The notes below the pieces were generated by a model, which saw only the letters and a program-made list of their open reading frames with translations, had not been told where the DNA came from and searched no databases. The position numbers and the translations under genes are program-made. A stretch of DNA of 64,000 bases, from the NCBI RefSeq assembly GCF_004010195.1, contig NC_057751.1:8360404-8424403 (forward strand), read 5' to 3'. This DNA is from Chiloscyllium plagiosum (taxonomy: Eukaryota). The stretch's first letter is position 1. Every line of letters starts with the position of its first letter. Positions 12,006 to 25,682 of the stretch are shown here, in pieces.

Positions 12006-12315
12006 TTTGACCAACCCAGCAAGGTTCAGCAATAAACCATGCCATCCAGTGAGGAAGGTGATTCCTTCCTCCTCATGGTCAGTTCAAACACCTGGGAGGT
12101 ATATCGGATGTTCATTTCAAAGGAGGTGGTTTTAATGGATTGGCCGTCTCATGGGAGGGTGGTCACTTGACCCATATTTTGGCATTAATTACTGGCTGAA
12201 TCAGACAAGTGCTTTCTCCTTGACTGTGAAGAAGAGTTGCAGACCTGTAATTTTTCTTTTGGCTGACTTTTCAAAGCAACAACGAGGTCAAGATATCTTG
12301 TGCTAATTTTTTTTG

Positions 12316-12445
12316 ATTCCTGATGAAGGGCTTATGCCTGAAACATCGATTCTCCTGCTCCTCAGATGCTGCCTGACCTGCTGTGCTTTTCCAGCACCGC
12401 AGTCTTTGACTCTGATCTCCAGCATCTGCAGTCCTCACTTTCTCT
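12316..12445 (+). mobile_element. Penelope-like terminus (family 1) with hammerhead motif
   Basis: ctgatgaagggcttatgcctgaaacatcg...ctccagcatctgcagtcctcactttctc. Confidence 0.75.
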
Positions 12446-12624
12446 TAATTTAATCCCCCCAGATTGATTTCTAAATTGCTATTTTGGATTGTGGGAAGGG
12501 AGCAAATGGGTGATGTGCCTGAGTGACTTGTGTGCGTTGAATCACAAATTGCTTTACACCCAATTACCATTTGGAGAACACTTAACAACAAACACTCTCT
12601 ATCGAGCAGGTAAGATCACCATTC

Positions 12625-12820
12625 ACCCCTAGGACTACTGGGCTATCCCCTCATTGGAAAGAGATGAGAGGTGGTACGCTTCACCTGAGGGTCACCACCC
12701 ATCACGCAAGGGGCAACAATGGGAAGGTGCAACTTCATGTTGACATTTCAGGACAGGATTTGAACCCATGCTGTTGGTGTCACAAAACAGTCAGCCAGCC
12801 AACTGAGCTAATCATACCCC
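12625..12820 (-). mobile_element. tRNA-derived SINE, third family (also about 18255-18385, 26510-26710, 44870-45070)
   Basis: Shared cctgagg..ca..c core and reverse tRNA head ccagccaactgagcta. Confidence 0.55.
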
Positions 12821-14170
12821 CACTCCCTGATATGTACCAAGCAGATAAACCAAAGATGTCCCGAGTACTCAGCAGATCTGGCAGTGACTTATCATCAAAA
12901 AAGTTAGACCTGCTTTGAGAAAGAACAGAAACAGGGGAAAGGGGAAGAATGGACCCCAGCAAAGTTTTGTCCTTAGGCTGGAAGGCAGGTGGGATTAAAT
13001 GATGGAAAGGCTGATGACTGTTACACCGTCCAATGATAATGGACTGATTGACAATTTGGAGAAATCAATAACCAACCACCCGGTTGTCGCAGACCCAGAA
13101 GTGAAAATAGAACATCTGCATTGGTGGAGAGCTTTTGCCATCAATGTTAGCTTTTCCTCCCAGACAATGCCAAATACACTCCAATGTTACCTCAAACTGC
13201 TTATTTAACATTGTGGAATGAAGCAATTACATTTTCATTTGCACGAATCAATCCAACTACTTTCACTTTCCCTCAAAGGATCCTACTCCACCCGGTGAAA
13301 ACTTGAAGGAAATTTAATTTCAGCTGACCAATTTTAAGCAAGTTCCCCTACAAGCGAAGCCCAGATTCTGGAGAAGGTCCAACATGCTGACATTCACAAG
13401 TCCCCTTGGAATTCTAGAATGTGCAATCATATCCCTTTCTTACTCCCAGTGAGAATCTGACCAATTTAAAACAATGATCAGAATCCATTCACTCCATCTA
13501 ACCTGGCTCATCTGGTGGAAAAGCACCTAGTCTACACTTGACAGCTACTGCAATGAGGAACAGTTAGTGAAGGTGATCAGTGCTGTTGATTACAGTGGTT
13601 TCGATTCGGCCTGTTCTGCTACATCAAAGCTCTCCAGCTGACGTTTTCAGGAACACAGCTTTTTTTCACAATGTGGCTTTGGCTGATCCACCCAGGAATC
13701 CACATCACTGACATGAGGTTCACCTGATATGTCACAGTGCCTCTATCCAACATAATGAGGTTTGAAATCACTGCGAACACCATTCAACACGGGACAAATC
13801 AGAAACCCAATTGGGTCCAATCCCACTTCCTTTCCTCTTCCTCCATCATGGGCTGATGGGTGGAGAACATCTTTGCTACCTGCTCAAAGGGACAATTGGG
13901 AAAGGCAGATGGATTTGGGGTTTAGCGAGTCACACAGCCTAAAATTGCAAGCAAGTGCAAAACTGGCCCCATTGTTGAGCACCGAAGTCAGGTCAACATA
14001 TGCAACCCATCCCAATCAAAGATAGCAGCCTGGGTTTAGCTCCTCCCCTCTACTCAAAATTTGCTAGAGTTTGTATTTAGTTGCCTTCATGAACTCCACG
14101 TCTGGGATATTTGGTTGCAAACAGTAGTACCCATTGCAATCTGGGCATTTCTCTTTTGTCAATCTTACAG

Positions 14171-14454
14171 CACTTTGGGAAAAATCTATGGCAAATGAAG
14201 ACATCACCAAAGTCATTGCCACCGAACGTAACGCTCCCCAACTGGGTCAGGGCAGGACAAGATGCCCAGAATATTTGCACCATGCTAACAGGGACAAAAA
14301 TCTGGAAATTTGGGTTAGGGTTCTCCACTCAGATTTCATCTGCCAAACACCAGAGACATGGATGGCTGAGGGCTCTTCCAAAAGCCAATACTGTCAAAAT
14401 GGATTGGACAGTTTCCTCTTGCACTTGCAGAACCTCGTTCATACCATACAGGAG
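14171..14454 (+). other. Exon-like segment with two open frames (possible coding exon)
   Basis: Acceptor ttctcttttgtcaatcttacAG, donor GAG|GTGAGA, 284 nt of unique sequence; no recognised homology. Confidence 0.3.
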
Positions 14455-16844
14455 GTGAGAACACTCCCACCTGAAGCAGCAAATGCACTCTCCCCAATCC
14501 CACCTGCTGTACCGCAATCACCTTTGCAATCATCTCACAACTGACCACTTGCGCTTAATTCGTTCATGGAACGTGGACAGTGCTAGCCAGGCCAGTTTTG
14601 ATTGCACCCTCCGTCACTCCCCAGAATCGTCCTTGAGATGGTGGTCGTGAGCTGCCTTCCTGAACTGCAGTTTTGGGACACCCACAGTCCTCTTCAGAAG
14701 GGAGTTTGTCGATTCTGGCCTAGCGACAGTAAAAGAATGGTGCTGTTACCCAGCTGTGGTCTCAGCAAGCACCCACCACCCCCTCCCCCCCAAACAATTG
14801 CAATGGACGTTCCTCAATCTTATCCCACAGTCCCTTCGTTACGAAAGCTCACACGCCAATTGCTTTTCTGGTTGCTCGGCCAGCACGAGATGTGAGGGTT
14901 ATAATGGAAGAAAAGCCACTGCTTAAAAATAAATGGAAGAATTGCATTCAAATAGTGTTTTCATCACCTCAGGCTGCCTTCACAGCCAACAAAGTGCTTT
15001 TGAAGTGGAGATGCTGATTATTATTTAATTTGACCACTGCTGTTGGAGATCACAGTTTTGATTCCATGTTTTGTTGCCAAGTACGATACTGTTAAACCAA
15101 AGAAAATGAATAGATTTGAAACTGTTCCATAATTATAATAAGTCATAAATAAAGTTATGGTTTACTTGTGTCTGCAATAAATAGGTTATGAATAGGAACA
15201 CAAGGTTTGAAACATCTCGTATTTGAGAATTTTATTTGCTCCGGGACTGTTCATCAACCTGACTTGAGGGCCACATCCAAGAAAACAATTTCGATTCACA
15301 GCATTCAGGAAGGTGCAGAACACCTTTCATAACAGGCCATCCAGACCAACCTGAGGTCTCAAGTGGCACAATGCAATAACTTATATGAACAGACACGTGA
15401 CAGGGACAAGACAGGGATATTTGGTCACTCATCCTGTTCTGCCACTTGCTGCAGTCCAAATCAACAAAATACTGTCAAGTGTTTGGCTCTTTCTGCATTT
15501 GCTCTCCACCACAGCCTTCCAAATCCCAACCTCAGTGATGCATTGTGAATTATCAACACCTCTTCCATGACGGAGAAATGTGCACAGGAGGCAGCTGTTC
15601 AGCCCATTCTGCCTTGTGCTAACCCTTGGGACACAGCAACCAAACAGACAGCATTGCCTGCTCCTTCCTGGGAGTCTTCAATTTTCCTTTTCGAGTCCAT
15701 GTCCAATCATCTGCTTGCAACTCCTTTCACAGGATGTGGGCAATGCTTTCTGGGCTAACAATTATTGTCCATCCCTCATTGTCCTTGTCAAGGTGGTGAT
15801 GAGCCACCTACAAGAGCTAAACAATTCATGTTGTGTCAGCTTAGCACACAGTGCTAAGAGCTGCAGCAATTTCACCTGGTGACAGTGAAGGAACAGTGAT
15901 TAAGTTCTACTTTGGAACAATCCATGCCTTGGAGGGAGACTCTGAAGGAAAAGGAAAGGGCTGTCAAAAAAAATCATATTGACATTGGGGTGAGATTGAA
16001 GAAACGGAACAGGTTTCTGAATATGAACACCAAGTTGTGTGCAGTTGGTTGACATCCTTACATGCCAGCTGTAACATAGTGAAACCTGAGATTCTGATAA
16101 GATTTATTAAGAGAGGCATGGAGTACAAAAGCAAAGATGATGATTTGTTCGAACTAGCTGAAGCGATTTGACTGCACGGTGACCCTTGTTTTATATTTTG
16201 AAAACTAGAAGGCTTTGCAAAGAGTGCAGGCATTCATTGGAACAGCTCCAGGGATGAGAGACTACAGGGAAGCAAAAGCAGAATCTCCAACAGCTAAGGC
16301 AGCTGAGCATCTTTGAGCAATATGTATAAAATTATGGATGGTTTATGAAGAATGAATAGAAATTAAGGACCTTTGATCAGACAGCACCAACTTAACCTGA
16401 TTTAAGTTGAATGGAAAATGAACCAGAGATGACTCAAGGAAAAACTGGTCAATAAGCAAATAGAATTTGAGATGCACTTCCTCCCTAACAAGAAAATGGA
16501 TAAATTGGGTGGGAGGGCAGTGGTAGGACTGAACTGGATTTTCCTTGGAAAGAAATACTGCAAATGATGGGCTGAACGGCCTTCTTCTGGGACGCTTTAT
16601 TATGTTTCATTGGACCTATAGCCATATTACAATCGCTTCAGAGTCAGATGATGATGTCAGGGGGAGGAGGAGGAGGTGGTTAGCAGGGCAAGGGGCTTGG
16701 GTATAGAAGAATTGTGAAGATCAATGATTTCTCTCTCTCATAAAAGCCACCCAAATAGATTGGCGAGGGTTTGGCTTAAATTTCATTTGATTGAAGACAC
16801 CCTTATCAATGCAACACTCTCTCAAATATTTAGGGGAGACACTA

Positions 16845-17135
16845 GGCTCGTGGTATTATCGCACATTAATTATTCCAGGGACCCAGGTAATGTTGTGGGG
16901 ACTTGGGGTTGAATCCTACAATGGCATTAAGAATTTAATGATGATCATGAATCCAGTGATGATTGTTTGAAAACAAAATCTGGTTTACTAATGCCCTTCA
17001 GGGAAGGAAATTGCCGTCCTTACATGGTCTGGCTACAAGTGACTCCAGATCTACAATGTGGTTGACTCTTGTCTCCTCTTGGTAATTAGGGATGTGCAAT
17101 AAATGCTGGCCTAGCCAGCGACACCCTGATCACAT
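16845..17135 (+). mobile_element. tRNA-derived SINE nested in a reverse Deu-type SINE
   Basis: Same family as 2935, ends gcaataaatgctggcctagccagcgac; Deu-like sequence on both sides. Confidence 0.65.
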
Positions 17136-17409
17136 GGACCAATAAAAAAACACTCTCAGCATTAGTCCAAGTGCTGGAGGTCTGAACCCACAATCAATTA
17201 ATTAAGGGCTTTGAACACTATTGTACACCAAATTGGAACTTCTGAAAGATGAAAAAACAGTACTTTTTTTCTCCTTATTGTAACTTGAATTAGAGCACGG
17301 GACATCATAAATGTGAAAACCAAAGCACGCGTTCTACTTTGTTTCCCCAATATTTCCAGTTTTAATGCCCTGAGATTATGGAGTCTCTCTCTCTCTCTCT
17401 CCAGTCTTA

Positions 17410-17960
17410 AACCTCACAGAGCCCAGTCACATTATCTTGGTCAATGGCTCCAGGAAGGAAATGACACACTCATTGATCACTGCACTGGATCATTCTCATC
17501 ATTTAATTACTCAGCCTCTGTCACTAAAGGTGTGATTGATCGAGTGCATCATTGATTCATCCATTTTTACTACCTTCTCTTTTGCTAAAGTACTTGCAGC
17601 TTCACACAGCTTTGCTCTCTGTATTTTGCTGAGGCTCCGGTGCATTCACAGTTACTGCACTCAGAAATAAACCTTCAATAATGGTTCTGCATCACCCATT
17701 AAATACTTGTAAGGGTCAAATGACGACCGTAAATAGTGTGGCTCCAGAATCGGAACCATTGACAGGAGATTGGCACATTGGAAAGCCTGCTTGAGTGACG
17801 GTGAAGGGCAGCAGGAAATGGAACAGTGCAGAGAGAAGCATTCATTTTTCCAATGCTTTCAAAACTTTGCACAGACCATGTACGCAATTAAAAAGCAAGT
17901 GTCAGGATAAGCAATGAGGATCACTGTCAATTGGTTTCATGTTACCAAATATTTTGACTG
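17410..17960. promoter_or_regulatory. Candidate enhancer with PBX-HOX and MEIS motifs
   Basis: CTGTCA 17518-17523, TGATTGAT 17533-17540, TGATTCAT 17553-17560 in repeat-free DNA. Confidence 0.45.
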
Positions 17961-19832
17961 TTAATAACTTAAATGTTGGTGTACACAGTGACTGTACACA
18001 CACATCTATCAAATATATCCACACAGATACTTGTCTCAGAAAAGGTACATTCCTCAATGAGCCATCACTAAAACTGATTATTTGGTCACCTGTCTGTGAA
18101 AGCTTCCTGTGAACAGTTTAACAAGACGTATTTCCTCCATTACTATCACATCCGCATCACAAATGGCAACAGCTCCGGAGCTCTTTGGAGCTGCCCAAAA
18201 GCCATGAAAGGTTCCATTTTTGAAAAACACAGATTATTTTTGATGAGGTAAAGTCATCGTACGGGCTGCGCTCTCATCAGAGAGAGAGACAGCTGGTGGT
18301 GAGTTTAACCTGAGGACCATCAGGCCTCAGACAATTGGTGAAGTCAAGAGAGTGGGATCTTCATGGTGACCTCAGCCAGTGACGTTACTCTTCATCACAA
18401 ATGCTTTTGACTAAAGGAGAGTCAAAAGGAAGGAAGGAGAGAACATCCCTGACTTACAATCAGAAGACTTGCTTCCTCGAAACTGAAAAGGATTGTCACG
18501 GACTCTGTGTTCCTGATCTACGGATTGCCTTTCCAATTTCAGACTCCAAGTGCTGTATCTTTCTTGCAGTAGTGTCACACGGAAGTGCAACGTAGACCGT
18601 GATGCAGAAGACGTCAGTCAATGTTGGCAGACGAGGCGAGCAGGGCCTGCACTATCATGGAAGCCACATTGCATACACGATGCTGACTCAGTTCAGGGAG
18701 GTGGTATAGATTGCAATACACACCAAGCTGGTCCCCTGCTGGCCTGAGCAGCATTCCTCGCTCCATCCACATTTATTAATTCATTTGGCAATACTGGGAT
18801 CTTGCTGTGTCCAAATCATCTGTGAAATGTGTCTACATTACAACTTTGCTTTTTATTTAAAGTCTTCCCTTCTTTCTTCAACAGAGTGGCTGTGGTGATG
18901 AGGTACACAATCGTTAAAACGACAGAATCAAGCCATTGCAGATGCTACAGTTTCAGAGGTCATAAAGTTCCAGGGCAATGATCTGGAACTACAATGGTAC
19001 TACTTTACTGAAGAGAACAGAAAGCCCAGATGGATAATGGCCACACAGCAGCTCCATTACACTTCCATCAACAACACTGGGGCTGATGGCTTGTTCAGTC
19101 GTAATTAAAATGCCAGTTGGAGTGGGGCCATAATGAATAGGAGCCTTATTTGTTGTAAGCATGTCAAGCCAACTGTGCATGCTACCTCATGTGCACAGCA
19201 ACCATCTCTGAAGATACGTGTCTGACAAGCTGGTGAAATCCAGAAGCGAGATCCTGGGAGCTTCCCACCGATTCACGGTAGCCATACTCAGAGTGCCTGT
19301 GGGGTTGGTGAGGCCAATCCTCACAGAACAGTAATTATCAACCTCTTCATCAGCCTCCTACCAGATTCCTAGTCACATTTCTGCATGCTCACTGCCTCTT
19401 GCAATCGTCATGAAAATTGAGAGTTTGCTCAGTGTGAGGAGGGGTGGTGGCGGGGGGGAGTTGAGAAACTGAGTTAAACACACAATTTTTCTACATTACC
19501 TGAACTGACCTGTTCAAGCTATTCACTGGCTTTCCGGGACAGTTCAACTTAATGGATTATAAATTGCTTGTAGGCGTTCAGTTTTATAGATTGAAGGGAG
19601 TTATTCAGAATCACTTTGCTTTTATCAGTAGCTGGATACAGCAATTTGACACCTTAATGGACGTCTTTGCTTACAATTTCCCCACAGGCTGATTGAAGAG
19701 TTTTCATAGTGAGATATTCTTTGCAGCATTTTTCATAGGCCATGCATCATAGCCAAAAAGAAAACAATGCATCGAAGTTCTGCCACACTGATAAATTATA
19801 TAAACAGTGTTAACCCCTAAATACACACAAAA

Positions 19833-19960
19833 CCTGATGAAGGGCTTTTGCCCGAAACGTCGATTTTACTGCTCCTCGGATGCTGCCTGAACTGCTGTGC
19901 TCTTCCAGCACCACTAATCCAGAATCTGGTTTCCAGCATCTGCAGTCATTGTTTTTACCT
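19833..19960 (+). mobile_element. Penelope-like mini-insertion with intact minimal hammerhead core
   Basis: CTGATGA-A-GGGC-TTTT-GCCC-GAAAC-GTC; 13-bp direct repeat tacacacaaaacc at 19822-19834 and 19960-19972. Confidence 0.85.
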
Positions 19961-20658
19961 ACACACAAAACCAGCTTGTTCCCACTGGTCTCCAGAACAG
20001 AGACATGCTCTTTGATTCCCTGCCATATACACTAGGCTGCAGTGTTTATAGGAGGGAAGCAGGGTGGTATTGGGCACAGCTTGCAGTCAGATGGGCCGAG
20101 GGTTACGGAGGGAGTTGCCAATGGAGGGGAGAGAGCACCTTGAGATGGGACGGAGAGAAGAAAGATCACAAAGGTGGCGGGAGGAGGTCAGAGATTGAGG
20201 AGCACATCAGACTGCAATGCAGTGAGAGATGAGGAATATGCCTCATCTCAGCTTTGGGAATCAAGAAGCACATTAGTTTGGGATGGGTTGGGTGGGTGGA
20301 GAAATGAGGATGTTGGGGGGTGTTGGGACACGGTGTGGAGAATGAGGAGCACTCCTGCTGCGCTTGATTCACTCGCAATGCTGGAACAAAATAGCACGAA
20401 TCTCTTCTGTACACTCCCCACCACCCCACCCTCCCCACCTTTTAGCTGACAGAATTCTCCAGATTGGCCAGCCATCAACCAAATCTGAGGCACACACTCC
20501 CCGAAAATATTTAAATGGAGAATTGCTTCCTGGGGTGGAGTAGTTTATCCAGTGCCACTGCCTGAACCCATTTTTAAAGTGGGAGTAGAGGATGTTTCCT
20601 TCTGTGAGAGAATCTTGAATGAGGGGTTGCTATTTAAACATTAAGGGCCACTCATTCA

Positions 20659-20659
<1 letters not shown>

Positions 20660-20701
<42 letters not shown>

Positions 20702-20712
20702 AAGACAGAGGG
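20660..20712. repeat. (GA)n microsatellite
   Basis: Direct reading. Confidence 0.95.
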
Positions 20713-21904
20713 AGAATATTTTTTCTGACTAAGAGTCCTGAGTCTTTGGAATTCTCTTCCCCAAAGGGCAGTGAAAGCAGAGTCCCTTTTAGGATAGAGG
20801 TTGACAAGTACTTGGCAAATGATGGGGACTTGGGGAAGTTGTGAAAGGTACTTCCAAGAGCAGACAGTAATGTGGCATAATCATGTTTTCTGTGATGCAT
20901 CCCTTCACAGTGCCAACAGATTGTGTTGTTCCTGCCTGAACAGCCCATGTATAAAACTTGTAATGTGTATCACACTGTGAATTCTGTGGTGATGGAAGTA
21001 ACGGGGTGGGTGTGGGGGGGACAGCAGATGAGTGTCATCTTCCAAATTTAGTTGGCAACGTTTGCCCAATAAAGCAACACTCTGCACATCATGTTTCAAA
21101 ATGAGATGGCAATTTATCTCTTGCCTTCAAACACTCTTGAGTAACCCTAGGGGGAATGGTTTACGACGCTCATAGTTAATTGAGTTCCTGAAACTAAGCT
21201 CAGCTGGGCCAATGTCATTTGACGTCATAGCCTCAGTGACAATCCAAGAACTTTAATTTCTAGCTCTAAAAACAGGAAACATTTCAGCATGCATGACCAT
21301 CGTTCTGCTTCCCCAGATGAATGCAGAAGGAATACAGAATTTATTGGCATGCCCCTGGAGATCCCCACGTCTGATCAATAACCACCTACAGATTGGATAC
21401 CTTGACCTAGAAATCTATCAGCCATGTATGCGTGCACTGGTGACAGTGAGGTGACATGAGTGATTAACAAATCTGGCATTAAAAAAAAACTTCATGGGCA
21501 GCAGCTCTTCCAGGTTTTTGAATTATGTACCGCAATGGAACTTGAAAAATCAATGTGTGTAAATTTGGGCCCCACAGGAAAAATAAAGAAACAAGGGACA
21601 GCAGAAAACTGCACAACATTATTGACCATCTGCATCAATCCACAAAAAATCTCATCACTGAAGAAAGAAACACTAAGGGCAAGAGGGGTAAGAAATGAGG
21701 GGCAAAAAGGTCACATGCTCAACCAGGGGATATTGCTGGTGCCCTGCGGGGTGCAGTCGAATAAAAAGTATACCGCAATCAATTTCAGGGTGTGAGGGGT
21801 TAAGAAAGACGTTTGGAGGTTTCTCAATACTCCTCATGGACAACGGAACGAAATCTGGAAAGTCCCCACTTTCCAGAACAAGTCACTTCCTCATTCATTC
21901 ACAG

Positions 21905-22200
21905 GACAGCATGGTGCAAAGGACAGCAAGGTGCCTCAGTGATTAACACAGTGCCAGGGACCCGGGTTCAATTCCAGCTGCAGGCAATTGTGTGTGTACA
22001 GTTTGCATATTCTCTCCGCGTCTCCATGAGTCTCCTCTGGGTGCTCCGGTTTCCTCCCACAGTCCAAAGATGTGCAGGTTAGGTAAGATTGGTCATGGGG
22101 AAATGCATGGTTACAGGGACAGGGTGGGTCTGGGTGGGATGCTCTTCGGAGGATCGGTGTACACATGATGGGGCAAATGGCCTGCTTCCACATTGTGGAG
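21905..22200 (+). mobile_element. HE1 / V-SINE
   Basis: B box gggttcaattcc and V-domain. Confidence 0.85.
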
Positions 22201-22759
22201 ATTGCTCTGTGAAATTGCTCATGAGTCATGGACTTGCGAAACCTACTCTTCAACTCACTGTCACCCAATCCAAATTAACCGCCATTACCGATTTGCAGAA
22301 TTGTGATAGCACACAGTACGAGGCCATTCATTCCAAGGTGTCTGTGCAAGCTCTCCGAAGGAACAAGCAATGGCGTTTCCATGGCCTTATCCTCATCGCT
22401 CATCCTTTGGAGATGATAATCCAATTCTCTCTCAATTGAACTTGCTTCCACCACACTCAGAAACAGTGAAATCCAGATTGCAAAAGAAATTCTCTCTATG
22501 TCTCCATTACTTCTTTCACCAATTGCATTAAATCTGTGTCCTATTGTTCCCAACCCTTCCGTAAATGGGAACAATTTTTCTCACATCAACTGTACCCAAT
22601 TCCTTCATGATTTAAGTTCCATCCAAAGCCTTCTCTTCAACAATCCCAATTTCTCCAATGTTGAGTAGGCAATAAGGCCACAGCAAAAACAAAAATCAAG
22701 ACTAAAACAGTTTTATTGACTTTTTTCTGAACATATCCTCCCAAGATGATGAGGCCACA

Positions 22760-23240
22760 CCTGAACTATTGTGTTTCAGTTCTGGTCACCACAGAACAGG
22801 AAGGGCAGAACTGCTCTGGACAAAGTGCAGACAGAGTTAATGAGAATGTTGCTGGGGCTGGAGAATTGTAGCCATGGGGATTTATTGATGGGGGGGGGGG
22901 GGGTTGGGGCTGTTTTTCTTTTAACAGCAAAGGCTGAGAGGTGACAGGATTGAGGTCTACAAAATTGTGAGGGCGATAGATGAAGTCGACAGGAGGAACC
23001 TGTTTCCCTTGGCAGAGATCATAGATTCAAGCTAAGTGGCAGAAAGATTAGAGATGTGAGGAAAAACTTTTACTCTGCAGGGGGTGGTGGAGGCAGAGAT
23101 CGAAAACTCTTCTCAAAAGTACCTGGATCTGAACCTGAAGTGCTGTAAACTGCAGGGCTATGGGCCGCGTGCAGGAAGCTGGGATCAGAAAAGACATCGG
23201 GGTGTTGCCTTCTGGGCTGTATGACTTCCATGTTGCAATG
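22760..23240 (+). mobile_element. Old CR1 3' fragment
   Basis: RPHLNYCVSVLV-like and GDRIEVYKI-like remnants. Confidence 0.7.
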
Positions 23241-24014
23241 GTTCATTCCCCAACCTCTACTCCTTTCTTCTGGAATTTTTCAATTTGGGAGTTCTTCTAA
23301 CCAACAAGCTTGAGTTATCAGGAGACTGCTTGCACTGAGGCGTAGCAGGTTGTGGGGTGACCTGACAAATCCCAACTCCCCCCTCATCACATGCTCAGTT
23401 GAGCCAGTGCATGCCACATGTACCAGTGGTCTGTTCAGCAAATGTTGTGACTGTTGAGATCATTTCCACGATCAGGAGTGGTAGTCCACAGCCTCATATA
23501 GACAATCTGGGCCTTTTATTTAATGACCACATCAGGAACCAAGTCAATGAAGCCTGAATTTTTCATTACTTCATGAGACACCACTCAGATCTGCAGGGTT
23601 CTATGGCTAAGTGAATTGTCAACCTCTACCTTGCATCCTGTCCAGATGGGAGAATATATGAACACCCTCAAATGAGAGACATTTATTCCTGGAGGGATCT
23701 AGATGTTCCAGAGCATGAGTCACAAGACGTGAGAATGCAGGTGCAGCAGGTGATTGAGAATTGAGATGTGATCCTTTACAATGAAAGGAACTGAGCATAA
23801 AAGTAAGGAATAATGTTTCCAGTCCAGTGACTCAGTTGTGATGAACAGTCACCAGATTCAAAACGTTAACTGTTTTCTCTTCCCAGATGTTGCCAGACCT
23901 GCTGAGTTTCACCAGCAGTTTCTGTTCTTGTTTCAGATCTCCCCAACATCCACAGTTCGTTCTTTGATAAAAGCAACAATGTGATGCTTCAGTTATGCTG
24001 TGCATTGGTGTTAT

Positions 24015-24860
24015 AAAATCATAGAGATGTACAGCACAGAAACAGACTCTTCTATCCAACTCATCCATGCCGACTAGACATCCAAAATTAACCTAGTCCC
24101 ATTTGGCCCATTTCCCTCTAAACCCTTCCTATTCATGAACCCATTCAGATGCCATTCAAATGCTATAATTGTACTAGCCTCCACTACTTCTTCTGGCAGC
24201 TCATTCCATAGACACACACACTCTGTGAAAAAGCTGCCCCTTAGGTCCCTTTCAATTCTTGCCCCTCTCACCATATACCGATGCCCCCCAGTTTTCAATT
24301 CTCCTACCCTGGGAAATAGATCTTGTCTATTTATCCGATCCATGATTCTATAAACCATTATAAGGAGACCCTCAGCCTCTGACGCAGCAGGGAAAATAGT
24401 CCCCCCTATTCAGTCTCTGCGTAAAGCTCAGACCATCCAACCTTGGCAATTTCCTTGCAAATCGTTTTCGCACTCTTTCAAGTTTTACAACATCTTTTCA
24501 CATCAGCATGAGTTTCTGCTAGGTGCGCCAGTTTCCTGTCACAATCCAAAAATGTGCAACTGAGGTGGATTGGCCATGCTAAATTACCCATAGTTTTAAA
24601 GGATGTTTAGGTGAAGTACATTATCCACGAGAAATGCAAGGTTATCAGGATAGGGGAGGGGATGCGTCTGGGTATAATGCTCTTCGAAGGGTCAGTGTGG
24701 ACGTGTTGGGCTGAATGGCTTGTTTCCATGTGGGAATTCTATGATTCTCTGATTTTATAACAGTGAGACCTGAACTGAACGTAATCTTTTAAAAATGACC
24801 TAACCACTGTTCTGCCCAGCTGCAACATGACATCCCAACTCCTTTACTCAATAACATCTT
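24015..24860 (-). mobile_element. CR1 3' fragment with a nested partial HE1 SINE (24505-24750, +)
   Basis: Minus ORF 24074-24358 resembles CR1 ORF2 C-terminus; catagag tail. Confidence 0.8.
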
Positions 24861-24937
24861 GCATGCTGGGTGCTGTTTTAATCTCCTCACTAAATGAAGG
24901 ATTTGAATATATTGGAATTGGGATGGAGACAGCTTAA

Positions 24938-25230
24938 GCAGCACGGTAGCTCAGTGGTTAGCACTGCTACCTCACAGCACCAGGGACCTGGGTTCAATTC
25001 CTACCTCAGGTGGCGCTCTATGTGGAGTTTGCACATTCTCCCTGTGTCTGTGTGGGTTTCCTCCAACAATCCAAAGATGTGCAGGTCAGGTGAATTGGCC
25101 ATGCTAAATTGCCCATAGTCAGGCGTATGAACAGGTTTGGGGAATGGGTCTGTTTGGGTTACTCTTCAGAGGGTCATTGTGGACTCATTGGGCTGAATGG
25201 CCTGTGTCCACACTGTAGGGAATCTAATCT
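24938..25230 (+). mobile_element. HE1 / V-SINE
   Basis: A/B boxes, V-domain, aatct tail. Confidence 0.88.
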
Positions 25231-25359
25231 CATTGAATGATACCTAACGTGAGCAAATTGCCTTCTGAGAAATGATTGGGCAGTCCAGGTTTGGCTTCAC
25301 TGGAGTTGAGAGATGAATAACTTGACTGGAGGAAGAATACCTCGTCTCCCACTTCTGGA

Positions 25360-25682
25360 CCCTTCAGCCACATGGCATCAATGTCGACTTCACCAGTTTC
25401 CTTATCTCACCTCGTGCCAGATCCAACCTGGCACTGCTCCCTTGACTTGTCCATCTTCCTTCCACCCTCCTCACAAATCTATCACTGTTCCTCCCCACGT
25501 GCATACACCTATCGCCTTCCCAACTCCCTTAATTATCTCTCATCCCCCTTACACTAACCCCCCTCCCCACGCCCCCACACACACATTCCTGATGAAGGGC
25601 TTATGTCCAAAATGTCAACTCTCCTGCTCCTCGAATGCTGCCTGACCTGCTGTGTTTTTCCAGCACCACACTCTCGACTCTG
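25360..25682 (+). mobile_element. Penelope-like 3' region (longer family 1 copy)
   Basis: Pyrimidine-rich UTR then ctgatgaagggcttatgtcc... Confidence 0.65.
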
